Assembly (NCBI GenBank): GCA_964035545.1
Contig: OZ037767.1
Coordinates: forward strand, 20,104,628 to 20,168,627
Source of the DNA: Bugula neritina
Lineage: Eukaryota; Animalia; Bryozoa
Reading direction: 5' to 3'
DNA: 64,000 nucleotides
The notes under the pieces were generated by a model. That model worked only from the letters and a program-made list of their open reading frames with translations, was not told where the DNA came from and ran no database searches. Positions 26,570 to 39,855 of the stretch are shown here, piece after piece. The translations under genes were made by a program, and so were the position numbers. Every line of letters begins with the position of its first letter. The stretch's first letter is position 1.

Positions 26570-29500
26570 ATGGCTAGTTTAGTTTCTAGTGTGTCATGGG
26601 TTTCTAGAGGTGTGGCGAAGTCGCGCCCAGAAAAGCTTTCTCTAGAAGTGAATGATTTAGAAAGCGTTATAGAAGAGTTGAAATCTGGTCTTGGGTAAGA
26701 CTCGATTTAATTAATCATTTTAATGTATATTTCACAGAATGAGAAATGCATGTCCGCTGTTTCATTATGTTTATAATTATAAATCAAAATAGTAAATTAT
26801 TAATTAATAAATTATAATATTGAATTTAATATATCAAATTCAATATGAATACGTGATACATATTGAAATCACATCTACCTTTTAGTTTTACTATTACATT
26901 AGTATTACTATTAGTATAGCTAAAACTAAAAGTCTTAGTTAGTCATTAAGTGATTACTCATTAGTCATTAGTGTTACTATCACTCACTTACTATTTTAGA
27001 AAACATAGGTCCTGTGAAACTGAGTTGGCGTATACCGCTAATGAGTTATTTTAAACATAGAACATGGTAGTATAACTGATCTTGTTATTTTGGATTTTAG
27101 TAAGGCCTCCTCTGTTAACCATAGAAAACCGTTACAAAAATTATCAATCATTCAATGTATGGTATAAATTACTTGATTTATTTATGGATTGAGCAATTTT
27201 TATCTTTTCGAAAGCAGTTTGCAATTGTGGACGATTCATCATATAATGAGGTAAAAGTGATATCTGTTGTACCTCAAGGATCGGTTCTGGGGCCTTTGCT
27301 CTTTCTCATCTATATCAACGATTTACCAATAGGTATCGATTCGCAGATCCGATTGTTTGCAGATGATGCATTGCTTTTTGATGTCAGACAAAATAAAAAT
27401 CAGGTACAACAAGATCTAAATACTGTAGAGAAATGGTCCCATTCCTGGCAGGTGTGTTTTAATGCAGCCAAATGCTCAGTTATATCAGTTGGTAAAAAAG
27501 ATTCTAATATAATATATACTTTGAGTAATACTAGATTATGTAACATAGATTCATATCCATATTTAGGTATTGAATTTAGTTAGAACATGAAGTGGACTAA
27601 TCATATAAATAAAATAATAGCCAATGCCTGTAAAAACCTGGAAATGATAAAAAGAGTACTAAAATCTGTAAGCACAAAAACTAAGCTTGTTGCATATTAC
27701 AGTTTAATGAGGTCAAAGTTGGAATATGGCGGTCAGGTTTGGGATCCTGTTTTAAAAAAGATATTAAAATTATTGAAAAAGTTCAAAATTAAGCATTGCG
27801 ATTTATTTTTTTTATAAGATCACAAGTAAGCTACAGCAATCTGCTAGAAGTCACAGGAATTAAATCCATAAAAAACCGTTGAAAAGAAATGGGGCAAAAA
27901 CTATTTTTCAAATGTATAAAAAATAATTTAATAAATCAAGGACATGTCGCTCCACAACCTCCAATTAATATGAGACAACACTTAAAGTTTTTCTTGCCTG
28001 CAATATCGTCAAAAGTATAATTTCATTCTTTTTATCCTCGAACTCCTAGAGAGTTGAGAGATGGAATTTAGACTAGAGTGTTGGTTTTTGAGATCCTGTT
28101 TACTTACATTTTACTACGAAGCCCTATAACTAAAATATTAAACAAGTAAACGATATACTATCAAAAAGAGTATACACGTATTATATGCATATACATATAT
28201 GTATATATCGAGTTCCCATGCATTCAATCTCCAGGGGTTCTTAGTGGAAAACTCCCCTAAGCTGAGCTGAACTATTACTATTAATATTACTATTAGTATT
28301 GCCATTACTATTAGTATTAGTATAACACTAATACTAAGTATTACTATTAGGCATTAGATTTAGTATAATTTATTATTTATAGTCACTATTAGTATTATTA
28401 ATATAAATATTAGTTATTAATACTTATACTACTACTTGTCAAGTAGTAAAACTAAAAGTATTAGTATATAATTATACGTAATCGTATGACTAAATGGAAA
28501 TCAGTAATACTAAATGTAATATACCATAAGTTAATATTAATACTAATAGAGTAATACTAATCAGTAATTAAGTGATACTATTACTAATAACTATTTAATT
28601 ACTACAATCAGTATTACTAAATCTAATAGTAGTACTAATATTAAGTTGAATTATTTTATTTCTAATTCTTACACTTTTGACTTACTGTTAGTGTTCCTAA
28701 TTTACTCGAAGCGATATACTCTTAGTCTTACAGTTGGGTTGCTCCTAGTTTAAATTCTATTTTTAAACTTGCAGTTGCTTTCAGTTTCAGTCAAGATTCA
28801 TGGCTCATAATCATACTGAGTTAGCTGAGAATGGAATTAGTAACGTACTAATTCAGTTACTGTTGGTGTTACTAAGTCTAATGAAATATTTATAGTATAG
28901 TAAATACTTGGTCCAACTACAATTACATGTGACGATAATTGGCTAATTCATATCATTATTATTAATATAAATGGTGCAATTCTGTATCTAATATGTAATA
29001 CCCAATACTGCTAACAGTAATATTGATTCAGTAAGATCCACTTTGCTACCTAATAAATAATTTAAAGTGAATTGATGTTGTTATTTTACTAAACCAATAT
29101 CGTCATATTGATAATAATAATAATCGGACTTGAATTATTTTCATTCATAAATAACTTTAATTTGGATGGCAACAGCAGCACTATTTCTGCAATTTGTAAG
29201 TTATTTATAAGAAGTTAAAATTAGTACATTTCCTAAAATTCTCGCGTCACATCTTAGTCACTAATCAATGGTGTTTAAATGGTCATAGTGATGGTGAGTC
29301 CACAGTTGGTGAAGATAACTTGCCAAGGAAGCCTCCTAAGAATGCATCTGTATGTAAGACAGCCAATGGAACTGAAGACAGCGTTGAGAATCCTCCTGGA
29401 GAGGACAGCAGTGGAAGTGACGAGGAAGTTGTTGATGAGAACGAAGACCCTGATGACCCGTATAATCTAGCTGCCTACGATGATGAAGACCAAGATGATG

Positions 29501-32500
29501 GTGAGGTGTTCAGGTTTTGCAGGTTCTGACCACTTCATGCTAAGCTATGCTTTTTGTCTTACATGTACCAAGATTACTAGTTCATGCACATGTTTTCCTG
29601 GTGTATGTATTATTCATAGCTAATAATTCTATAAATTTCAAGCTGCTACATTTATGAATTGATTGAATTCATGACTCCTGGTGGGCCTCAGTGAAACTTG
29701 CAGTAATTCATAACTTATGTAGATGATAGGTGTTGCTGTACTTGTAGTTTAAGAGTAGTATTGTTTGTGCCATGCTGTAGAGTTGATGTTGGAGTCTACA
29801 ATTGCTGGGATGACCGTCTACGCTGATAATAAAGATGACCCTTACATCACCCTCCCAGATGAGGTATTCTATTCTATATTTAGCTGAAACTTGTCATCTT
29901 CTTAGAGCCAACATACTGTATTCTTATGTCAAATTGTCGTGTGTGATTGTGACCCTCGAAAAGAGTTTTTGCAGTAATCAAACTAACATTCCTATGCTTA
30001 TGCCCATTTAGATATATAATAGGAGTATAAAGCTCGTGTTCGTATTTGTATAAAGAAAGCCAAAGTTATACTTATTAATTCCTTCAAGTTGGATTTCTTA
30101 TGCGGAAAGGCATTTATGATCTTTGGTTTAGCACTTGTTAGTTGTTTTCAAGTACAGAGCTAATTAATGTGCAGACACTGTTGAGATGTTTTGATCGGTA
30201 GATTTGAAACATGCTAGTTCTATTTTCTGGTGCAAACTCAGGAATATTATTTATTTGTGGAAACATATCATCAGGCATGTGTATCTACTCATATTGTGTG
30301 CGAGATTAATTTCTCTAAATACACTCTGTTATAATCAAGTCTAGTTCTGGTGGTTCACTTGATACACGCATGCTGAGAATGCGACAGGTTCTATTAGTAC
30401 ACCTACTATGTGTCCGCAGGTAGACGAAGAAGATGATAAAGCAGACTTTGAAATAAGACCTACAGATAACCTCATAGTGGCTGGCAGAGCAGCCCCGGAG
30501 TGTAGTCTTCTGGAGGTCTACGGTGAGCATCTTTTTACGTGTCAATTTCTTCTTCAAAGTGTTTCTGGCTTTTAGTGTTTTGAGTAACTCTATACAGCCT
30601 ATTTTCATCTTAATATATAACTTGTTGTCATAGTATTATATTGTATTACCTGGTAATTATGTTGTATGACCAGGTAATTATTTAATAGTAACACTTCTAA
30701 TCAAATCATTTATCTTCTGCAGTTTACAACCAGAAGGATTCTAGTTTATACTGTCACCATGACATTATATTACCTGCTTTCCCATTGGCTGCTTGCTGGA
30801 TAAACTATGATGTGGAGACGAAATCACCTGGTGAGACCCCCTCTCTATTCACTGGGTGCTATTCTAGACAGGGCGGTAATTTATGTATGCAGAGCCGCCA
30901 TCTTCTGTACGCTAAGTGAATGTTTCGTGTCCTGCAGGTAACATGGTAGCCGTTGGGTCAATGGAACCAGTGATCTCTATCTGGGAGTTAGACGTTGTAG
31001 AGGTCATTGAGCCTGTAGCCACTCTCGGCACCAAACAGTCCGAAAAGTCTACCAAAAAGAAAAAGGTTCTGTTAATAATTATATTTAATTGATAATAAAT
31101 ACTCTGCTGCTTATAATGCAGTGGGCATAAATTGTATAGTTGTGTATTCTCAGCTGTTTAATTCAAGTACATTGCTCCCTCCGTATCTTACTAAGCTACG
31201 GGTCTAAAACCTCAATTTGTAACATAGTAAAATACCATATTTAACTCACAGATCCGTTAAATTTGGCTATTTTGTCCACAAGCCACAAAACGAGGCTCCA
31301 AGCGCTTCCCGTGATTTAAAGAATATTGTGAGAAATGAAGGAGCCTTGTAATACTATACTTATTGTAGTTTTTCTATCCATATTTATTTTCAGAAAAAGA
31401 AATTGAATTTTTGACTGTAAAGTTTAGCAAATGAAAAATGTTTAAAATGTTGTAAACCTCGAAATTGACATTGATTCATTTCTTTGAAGCAGTGATTTTT
31501 TGTCAGTAGATGAACTGTCGGTAGCTACAGGCTTGCTGAATGAAAATAATTCAGTTGTAAACTAACGTCTCATACCTCGCAAGACATTTCTGAAGAGTTT
31601 TCCAGTTACTATAATTTTGTCTGATGTTTGTATTTATCTTCTCCTGTTATGCTTAGAAAACTAAAGAGAAAAGTTCTGTGGACGGACATACAGATGCTGT
31701 TCTAGACATCAGTTGGCACTCAATGGCCCCAACAGCCCTGGCCAGTGCGTCAGCAGATCACACCGCTGCCGTCTGGGACTTGTCTGAGGGTAAACAACTC
31801 CTTAGTCTTAGACATGCGGATAAAGTACAGACACTAGACTGGCATCCAAAGGAGTCATCGGTCCTGCTTACCGGTGCTTTCGATCAGTAAGGCAGCACGT
31901 GCTATGATATTAGATACTCCACCAGCTTCACTGCTGTCAGCTGTATAAATTCAATAAGTTAGACAAATCATTCTATAAGCAGCGCCGAGTCGGGGGTAAC
32001 TGAGTGCAATAGTTTGGGATTCTTGGGTTTGGAGTTGGGGTTCCAAGTTTCAACTTAAACCCCAAACTTGAAGCTGCTCATAGAACCATTCAAGTTAGAC
32101 ATAAGTGACTATAAAATATGATTTGAATAAACTGCTGATAGGTTGTGAACTGGGCATCAGTTATTCAAAGTAGTGTTTTTATGTCTGTCAACTCATCAGA
32201 GTTATTTGCTCGTGCAACTCAGAACACTATCCTCAATGTGTGGACTTGACTATAAAACTTATCATGCAATGTAATGTGATTAGGAATATTTTATTCTTTT
32301 AGTTAACACTTTCTTGTAGTGGTGATAACTTTGTTTTGTGGCTAGTATTTTAAATCAACCTAGTATATGATATTACTATGTAAATAATTATATTTTACAA
32401 ACTATTTTAGTGTGGTTAGACTTTATGATTGCCGGCAACAGGATAAAACTTGTCTGAAGTGGAAAATCAAAGGAGAAGTAGAAAGAGTGCTCTGGGATAG

Positions 32501-34345
32501 TTTCTGTCCCTACAATTTCTTTGTAAGTCGAGTTACTTTTGCTCTCTACTATTGAGTGCTACTGACTACCACTGGTACTTTTAAGTACTATCGGCTATTA
32601 CTTAATACTATTGACTAATAGGACTCAAACTATGCAGTTTCTTGTTCGGCTCTTGTTGAGCTTTAGGCTCGTAATCTGGAGCAAGTATTAGTACAGTGAT
32701 GATGTATTGTAGTTATCTTCTCATTGATATTCAAGCGTAGATTGTTTTTAACAATTCCTTCAGATTCCCAAGACTTTTGAGTTTTTGTTTAATAACTAAA
32801 TAGTAGTGGAGATGTGGAAGTTGTGTTCTCGTGTTTATATTTCACTTCCGGAATGGACATCTGTATATGCTCATCAGTGCATGTCATTTCTTTACTCAAC
32901 TTCTGAGTACAATCTGTCTCTCCCACGTTATGGAAGTAGTCTCGCTGCCATGTGGGTATTTTGGTTAGCAAAGGTTTATTACATAACATCTGTACACTGT
33001 ATACAGCCTACAGACAGGTACTGGTGATAAATTACACTTCTAAATATAGTAACATTAACCTTGTGTTATAAGTTTAATTGGTTTTAGTTTTTCACCAGCA
33101 CTGGTTGATGTACGTTGTATATTATTAGTGAGTCAGTGTTTGATGTGTGCTGCTGCAGTGGTCAGACGCCCTCTTTGTTCACTGACAACTAAAAGTTGTT
33201 TTTTGTCTTATTTTTCTGTTTTTAATTCATGGAAGTTTCATGGTAATATTATAGTTCAGTCAGGACTTGAAACATTCATGGAAGTTTCATGGTAATATTA
33301 TAGTCAAGTCAGGACTTGAAACATTCATGGAAGTTTCATGGTAATATTATAGTTCAGTCAGGACTTGAAACAGCTGTGTTCTTCTCAATAACCCAGTGTT
33401 TCTAATAACTAAACCGTGTTTCTCCTTTCACTTCCTGTGCAGGCGTCAGATGAATCGGGTCATGTGTTCTATATGGACTCTCGCAAGGAAACTTTGCCCG
33501 TGTTCACTCTCCGAGCTCACGACTCCGCAGTAACTGGACTGACGCAGTGCAGAGGTTATGATGGTTGCTTAGCAACTGTTGCTATGGATGCAGCATTGAA
33601 AGTGTGGGACACAAGAAAGGGCAACCCCAATTGTGTGCTGGAAAAGAAGTTCAAAGACCAGGTAAGCTCACATAGTGTTAAATATAATGTGTTGAATAGT
33701 GTATCTATATAGTTATTGCATTATATTATTGTGAGAAATGATTTTGCAGATCAAAATAGAACTTGTAGTTGTTTGCCATAAAGGTAATAAAACAGTGATA
33801 TTGTGTATGTGTTGTGTAGGGTGGACTGACGTGTGTAGCCCCTTGTCCTGAGGCTAACTCTATTCTGGTTCTCGGGAGTGAAAAATGTCTAACAATATAT
33901 GACCTACAGTCGTCCAGTCAAGGTACTCAGTCTATTTTTTTAGTAGAATGATAGGCTGTAAGGAGAAACATATCACTGGTAGCGCAACACCTCCCCCCAA
34001 CAGTATCAAAGTATTATTCTATGTGAATTGTCATCTTCTCGTAATTCTCGTTACAACATGTTGTTTCTTTTATCAGCTTTATTTTATTTTTGTTGAGTTG
34101 TCTTCTCTCCACATATTTTAGTAAAGAAACATTTTGGAGGACCCAAAACACCAGAAACCAACACAAGTGTAGATGAGGCAATGGACGGACTGACTCTAAA
34201 CACGATGGAGTCCGATAACGACGAACTAAATGAATATTTAGGCAATATCTCAGAAACTGTGGCTAAATCTAAAACAGCATCGTTGTCACAAGTCAATAGA
34301 AAGAAAAAGAAAGCTAAGCGAAAGAATAAGAAAGCTGGTGGCTAA
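26570..34345 (+). CDS. PWP1: Periodic tryptophan protein 1 homolog (WD40 ribosome-biogenesis factor), complete, 11 exons, 548 aa
   Basis: Exons 26570-26694, 29289-29500, 29781-29863, 30420-30522, 30723-30830, 30938-31065, 31657-31886, 32411-32522, 33443-33661, 33820-33922, 34122-34345; GT-AG, 1647 nt, ATG to TAA. PWP1 signatures: VSWVSRGVAK, YNLAAYDDE, DDPYITL, IRPTDNLIVAGR, YCHHDIILPAFPL, GNMVAVGSMEPVISIWELD, GHTDAVLDISW, LASASADHT, GEVERVLWD. Confidence 0.95.
27050..28150 (+). mobile_element. 5'-truncated, decayed CR1/L2-like LINE RT fragment in PWP1 intron 1
   Basis: ILDFSKA, VPQGSVLGPLLFLIYINDLP, RLFADD, WQVCFNAAKC, YLGIEF, RSKLEYGGQVWDP; stops and frameshifts. Ends approximate. Confidence 0.85.
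33225..33372. repeat. 49-bp tandem repeat x3, PWP1 intron 8
   Basis: ATTCATGGAAGTTTCATGGTAATATTATAGTTCAGTCAGGACTTGAAAC. Confidence 0.9.
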
Positions 34346-34542
34346 ATTGTAGCTGTCATTCAGGTGTAGGAGAAGGCAACTGCTTCTTCTACTTCCTGTT
34401 TGTCGTAGAGGAATCTTTCTGAACTTCCCAAACAAAGATTTTGAGAACGTTCAAGTCAACATGAAGTTATAGGTGAAAGATATTTTGACTAACTCCTGGC
34501 AGGAAATGTGATGGCATGGATTAGTGTTATATTTGTCTTGAG

Positions 34543-34548
34543 AATAAA
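34543..34548 (+). terminator. Likely PWP1 polyadenylation signal
   Basis: First AATAAA, ~200 nt after the stop codon. Confidence 0.5.
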
Positions 34549-34801
34549 TTTTATTTGAAAATTTCAATACATTCTTGTGATTTTAGTTCGAATTAGTAAA
34601 TATTTCATTTACATAACGATTTTATTGAAATAAAACTTATAAAACAATAAATAATGTTGGTAAAATAACAATACAAATAAACATGTTAAAAGTTGTTTTA
34701 TAAAAGATTAGAAATTAATGACAAAAATGTAAACTGTAGAACTAAATAAGAGTAAGCAGGCCTTCAGCATTGAGAACCAATAGAAATGCTCGAAACACAG
34801 C

Positions 34802-35240
34802 TTAGTCTTCTATTGGTTGTTGAATATCATCTGAATATTCTAACTCCTCAATCTCATGATCATTTGGCTGTACACTGCTTTCACCAGCAGGCTGTGTTGA
34901 GTTGCTCAGACGTTCAAATGTATCTTCCTCAGTTACAGCTTGTACCTCCACATTTACACTGATGTCTTCTTCAACTTGTACTGCTGTAAACTCATGTACC
35001 TCTCCATCTACACTGATGTCTTCTTCAACTTGAACTGCTGTAAACTCATGTACCTCTCCATCTACATTGATGTCTTCTTCAACTTGAACTGCTGTAAACT
35101 CATGTACCTCTACATCTACACTGATGTCTTCTTCAACTTGTACTGCTGTAAACTCATGAACCTCTACATCTACACTGATGTCTTCATCAGGTTGGAATCT
35201 TTCAGCTGAATGTGAATTATTATCTCTACTTGAGACATCA
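34802..35240 (-). CDS. Terminal exon of an unidentified gene, acidic protein with 18-aa tandem repeat
   Basis: Acceptor TGTGTTGCAG at 35241, open frame to TAA at 34802, ~4.5 copies of EEDISVDVEVHEFTAVQV (54 bp), minus-strand AATAAA downstream (~34621). Confidence 0.5.
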
Positions 35241-36164
35241 CTGCAACACAACAAAATATTACCTTACTTCATTGACTAAGTTCACAGTTGATTAGACAAA
35301 AGTTTGTTATAAAACAGCTTCTGCTAGCTGTTTTATAACTTCTACATTAATCAAATTTTTGAGGGCAGAGAAAGACTAAAAAATGGATATTCAACCTTAA
35401 AATATTTATTATAAACACTTCAATTATTTCTATTAACATTTATTATTTAGTTAGTAAAAGACATCTTTTATCTACAACTTAATAACAAAAACTTTACAAT
35501 TCTCCAGTGAGCACCCACTTGACAAATTTAGTACATTGGAAAACTGAATAATTAGGCTATGAGTTGAACAACCGAAATGTATTGTGATTTGATATAATTT
35601 GAAGTCAGTGAAATATTTATAGTTTAAAGAAACTGTTATACATCTTCTGTTAAGATAAATCAATGCTCTTAAGTTGTGTGAAAATTAGTGAAGTTCTGAG
35701 CAAGCTTATGATGACAATAAAAATGCCAAATATAGAAACTTTGTTGCTGATTGCTTAGAAAACTTATTAATATAATAGTAAGAAAGATGGTGTGCTTATG
35801 ATTATTTAGTGATTGATTCTCTTAGGTTTAAAATGGACAGGCTATTCAAATTTGAAATATTTATAATAAACACTCGGACTATTTCTATAAACAGGTGATG
35901 AGCATTCACTTTTAAATCATTTATAGGTTTTATTTATTAAATGTCCATTGCTAAGTTGTGTTACCTTCACAGAGTCTTACCAGGTTAGTATCATATATCC
36001 ATTTATGGTATACAATATATTCTTTTGTAAAAGTATATATTATGTTAACATTATTAACATATGTAATATATTCTCGATTTACAATATATAATATTATGTT
36101 TGTTTATTTTACATAATATTTACATAAATAACAAATATACTTTTTAAATATGAGTTACACTTAC

Positions 36165-36233
36165 AGATTAGTTTGAAGTTGATCTTCCAATTGGGTCAAA
36201 CTACTTTTTCTTGAAAACATGATGTGAACTCCG
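36165..36233 (-). CDS. Candidate 69-nt internal exon of the same unidentified gene
   Basis: TTTATAG acceptor and GTAAGT donor. Open as GVHIMFSRKSSLTQLEDQLQTNL in the phase that joins the 35240 exon. Confidence 0.4.
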
Positions 36234-37720
36234 CTATAAAAGTTATACAAAACAATTATTATAACATTCTACTTTTAATCAGTTTTAATGAATGTTGTAT
36301 GAAGACTGTTGAACATTTCAGTACTTTAATTAGCTTCTGCTATGTATAAATATTGTATTTAAAATGATATTTGAAATGATTTTATATACAAGACATAATA
36401 ATTTCATCAGATAAAGAGTTTAATAATTACAATGGTTTTACAATTATATATCTAATCAACTAAAAATTTTATTGAATTTTGTTTCATACAATGTGTTAAA
36501 ATATAAATAATAATTGTTTAAAATATGCATATAAACTCATTTAATTATTAACAGTTGTATACTATTTATAGTAGAGAGAAAGACTCACCAAAATGTGAAA
36601 GTCTATAACAAAACTTTTTCTCTTTCCAAAGTAATATCTTTAAGGCTGATATCAAGATTTAACTGTGCCATAATCTCAAACCTCTCCTTTTATAGGTAAG
36701 GACAGGTATTTTTTGCTTCCACTTATGCAATAATTGTAAATTTTAAAATTTTCTTCAAATTTGCAGATGACTAGAAACTTTGTTACGTCTTCCTTCTTTA
36801 TTTGTCTACAATAGGCCCATTCATGCATTCATGATTATTTTTATATTCTAATTTCTTCTATTGTATGTGTATCATGGTTTCCTATCAATAGTATGATATA
36901 TTGGATTATTGTGTAGAAATTGTCATGTCATGTTATGAAATAATTAGTCAACCCTAAACAAACAATAAAAATACATTTTAGAATGAAAATCCAGTTTCTA
37001 CTAGTCAAAATAAATTCCAATTAAATTTATATGCAAAACTACATTCTACAAAAACCTACATTTTACTACATTTAATATATATGGTCAGTAGACAACAGTG
37101 CTTGAGATTCTATGGCATGCCTCGTAAAAAGGTCAGCCATAACTAGTTATTCCCATTAAATTGCATATGCACCAATGCACTCAATGCATCATGCAGTATT
37201 TACTAATTGTGTAGTATAATAGGTAATATGTTTATAAATATTTTGAATTAAAGATACATTATGATTATTAATATTTTCAATAGAAATTTACATTGCGGCA
37301 AATTTTGCCAGAAAGTTTTGTTTATTTAAAAGCTGATTACTCGTTAGCATTTAATTAAATTTTTTTTGCTGAAGCTGTAAGTTCTTGAAACTATTTCATG
37401 AGTATTTCTTGAGGTCTTTGTATAACAAGTATTGCAGTATTTTATTTAAATATCTTGAAACTTTTATTATTTGCACATTAAAATAAAATACTGCAACACA
37501 TATATTACAAGGGTTGGTTAATACATTATAGCTACCATTAATTAGATAAACATAATGATTGGTGATAGAAACTAAAATTGAATGATCAACAAACAATTTA
37601 GGTATGCATTCTAATTCTCTGTGAAATAATGTTTCCAAAATTCAGCAATAACTGAAATCCCACCTTATTGTGTGGTAAATTTACAAGAATAACAAAATGT
37701 ATTCAAGAAAGGAAGTAGAT

Positions 37721-39855
37721 AGTATTGTCCCATGGAATAACTAACATGCATTCAACAAGGTAATTGAAAATAAACTAGTCCATCAGTAAAAAGACTAAGA
37801 TCAATTTCATGATGTTCTTGTTCTCCATTAAATAATGTTCTCATATTGCTGTATTAATTGAAATCCCAGCTTATTGTGTAGTAAATTTACAAGAATAACA
37901 AAATGTATCTAAGAAAGGAAGTAAATATAAAAAAGGAATATAAACATTACATAATTAGATTGTGGGAACTCAAAGGATATTATGGAAACTAAAACCAAAT
38001 TATGACACAATTAAAAGCTCCAGTCAGTTGATCCATTGCATGGCATCTAAAAAGATTAATTTATTTCTGATAAACACATTTCATAGCTGGTGTTGCTTTA
38101 ATTTCTCTGTTGTAAAGTTGCGTGAAAATTTTTTTTATCTTCAATTCCCAAAACTGGATGCAATTTGTTCAAATTATAGTTAGGTCAAAGCATTCATACA
38201 ACTTTGTGTTATATACCTACATTGATAGAACACTTCTTCAAACATTTATTAAATCTTCTCTCTAAATGGTAATAATTTATTATACAGTGTGTTATTTCTT
38301 TCATTCAACAATAACTAGTACTGTTTCATAAATCAACAAAGTTATAAGTACATACATGAAAGTAAAAACTTAATCACATAGCATTCTACAAAACTTGTTC
38401 TATGAATATAAAAAAGATTAAAATAGCCTAAATTACTAATAATAACTTAAATCTTGACCATCCATAGTTGACTTTCCTGTATACTTATGATTATTCAATT
38501 TGGTTTAGACTGGTTCAATTATTAGTTATATGTCCGTCGACAATTTAGCTATCAGCTAAACAATTAGGAAAAAACATTTAATAACAATAGCAATTAAAAT
38601 GCAACAACTTTATAGCCATATAACATTTCAAAACTCGATAATGATTAAAAAGGCATTCTAGTTGTTTTTGTGCTATTTTCAGTCTTCTCAATTTGCTATA
38701 ATCATTTTTATTATGATGTAAATTGATTTCTGTCACAATTCAGTTGCAATGAATTATGTTAGTATAAGAGATTAAGAAGTTTTCATGACAAACTATCATG
38801 TGTTCAAGGGGCTAATAGCTGTTTCCAAGTAGTGGGAAAGTCCTAGTCATTAGTCAACAACATTATTTTATGACAATTCTTAAGTCACGCCAACAAAGAT
38901 ATTATCTACCAGCATGATTATTTTTATATTTAATCTGTATAAATAGTAACAATTCGTTATGTCTAGTCAGGTAATGAATCAAAAAGATTCTTTCAAATCC
39001 TGTGACTCACCACAAATGGCTTAAAATAGTTTGTTTCATATTTCACACCCACCCAATAAATTGTTTTCATTATAACTTGTGGTTTACAAAATTTCACTGA
39101 ATCACACAACTTTCATTGTTTTATTATTATGAATGATATCTGAACATCAATTGATTTTTTGGCTATATTATTATATTATAAATACCCCTAAATATTATTA
39201 ATATATAATACAGAAGAAGTAGTTTTTTTATAGGTAATAGAGTTGCAGGTCAATCATATGAACAGGTGTCATGGAATCATTGGCAACAGAGAGCAGGTGT
39301 TTGTCTCATATAACACTTCTTGTATAGCAAATGTCGTTCATTGTTTCTGGCTGCTGCCATTGATGACATCATGGTTTCCGTGAAGCAATGAAACTCTCTG
39401 TCACTCAGATGCTTACTGTGGAAAGAGTGAATAGCTTCCGTGAAACATGTCTGGACTTGCCCAAGACAACATACTTGGAAATTTGTTGTTATACCAGGAA
39501 GTGACAACTTCCGATAAACATTTGCTATGAAATGGTCTGGTGATATCTAACAGTCTTATTTCTGATTTCACCCTCAAATCACTGCCATATGCACTTAGTT
39601 ATGTTCATTAAGAAAGCTTGGTAAGTGAATAAAATTATGTCTTGTTGCTTCTGCATAGTAAAAAATTCTTAAAGAAAGCTACACATTAAAATTAAATCCT
39701 ATTTTATTTAGCTTGAAGTGGGAAGTTTGCCAATTTGTGAATTATTTTGAGTTTAACAACTAAAATCCCAGCTTATTGTGTAGTAAATTTATGAGAATAA
39801 TACAATGTGTCCAAGAAAGGAAGTAGATATAAAAAGGAATATAAACATTACATAA
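37721..39855 (+). repeat. ~2.1-kb duplicated block, copy A (uninterrupted)
   Basis: Collinear with 41868-42087 + 45930-47218 + 48542-49170. The ORF track shows near-identical spurious ORF pairs (37962/45950 and 39277/48585). Confidence 0.92.

Noticed and set aside
31490-33030. Possible box C/D snoRNAs in PWP1 introns (GTGATGA at ~32696; GATGAA...CTGA at ~31508-31593)
   Set aside because: No convincing C/D pair with terminal stem or recognisable rRNA guide; a snoscan/Infernal search would be needed.
35306-35339. 14-bp perfect inverted repeat with a 6-nt loop
   Set aside because: AT-rich and isolated, with no supporting context.
37962-39507. Duplicated small ORFs MGTQRILWK... and MSLPGITTNF...
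   Set aside because: Non-ATG starts, differing stops between copies and no recognisable domain; by-products of the block duplication.
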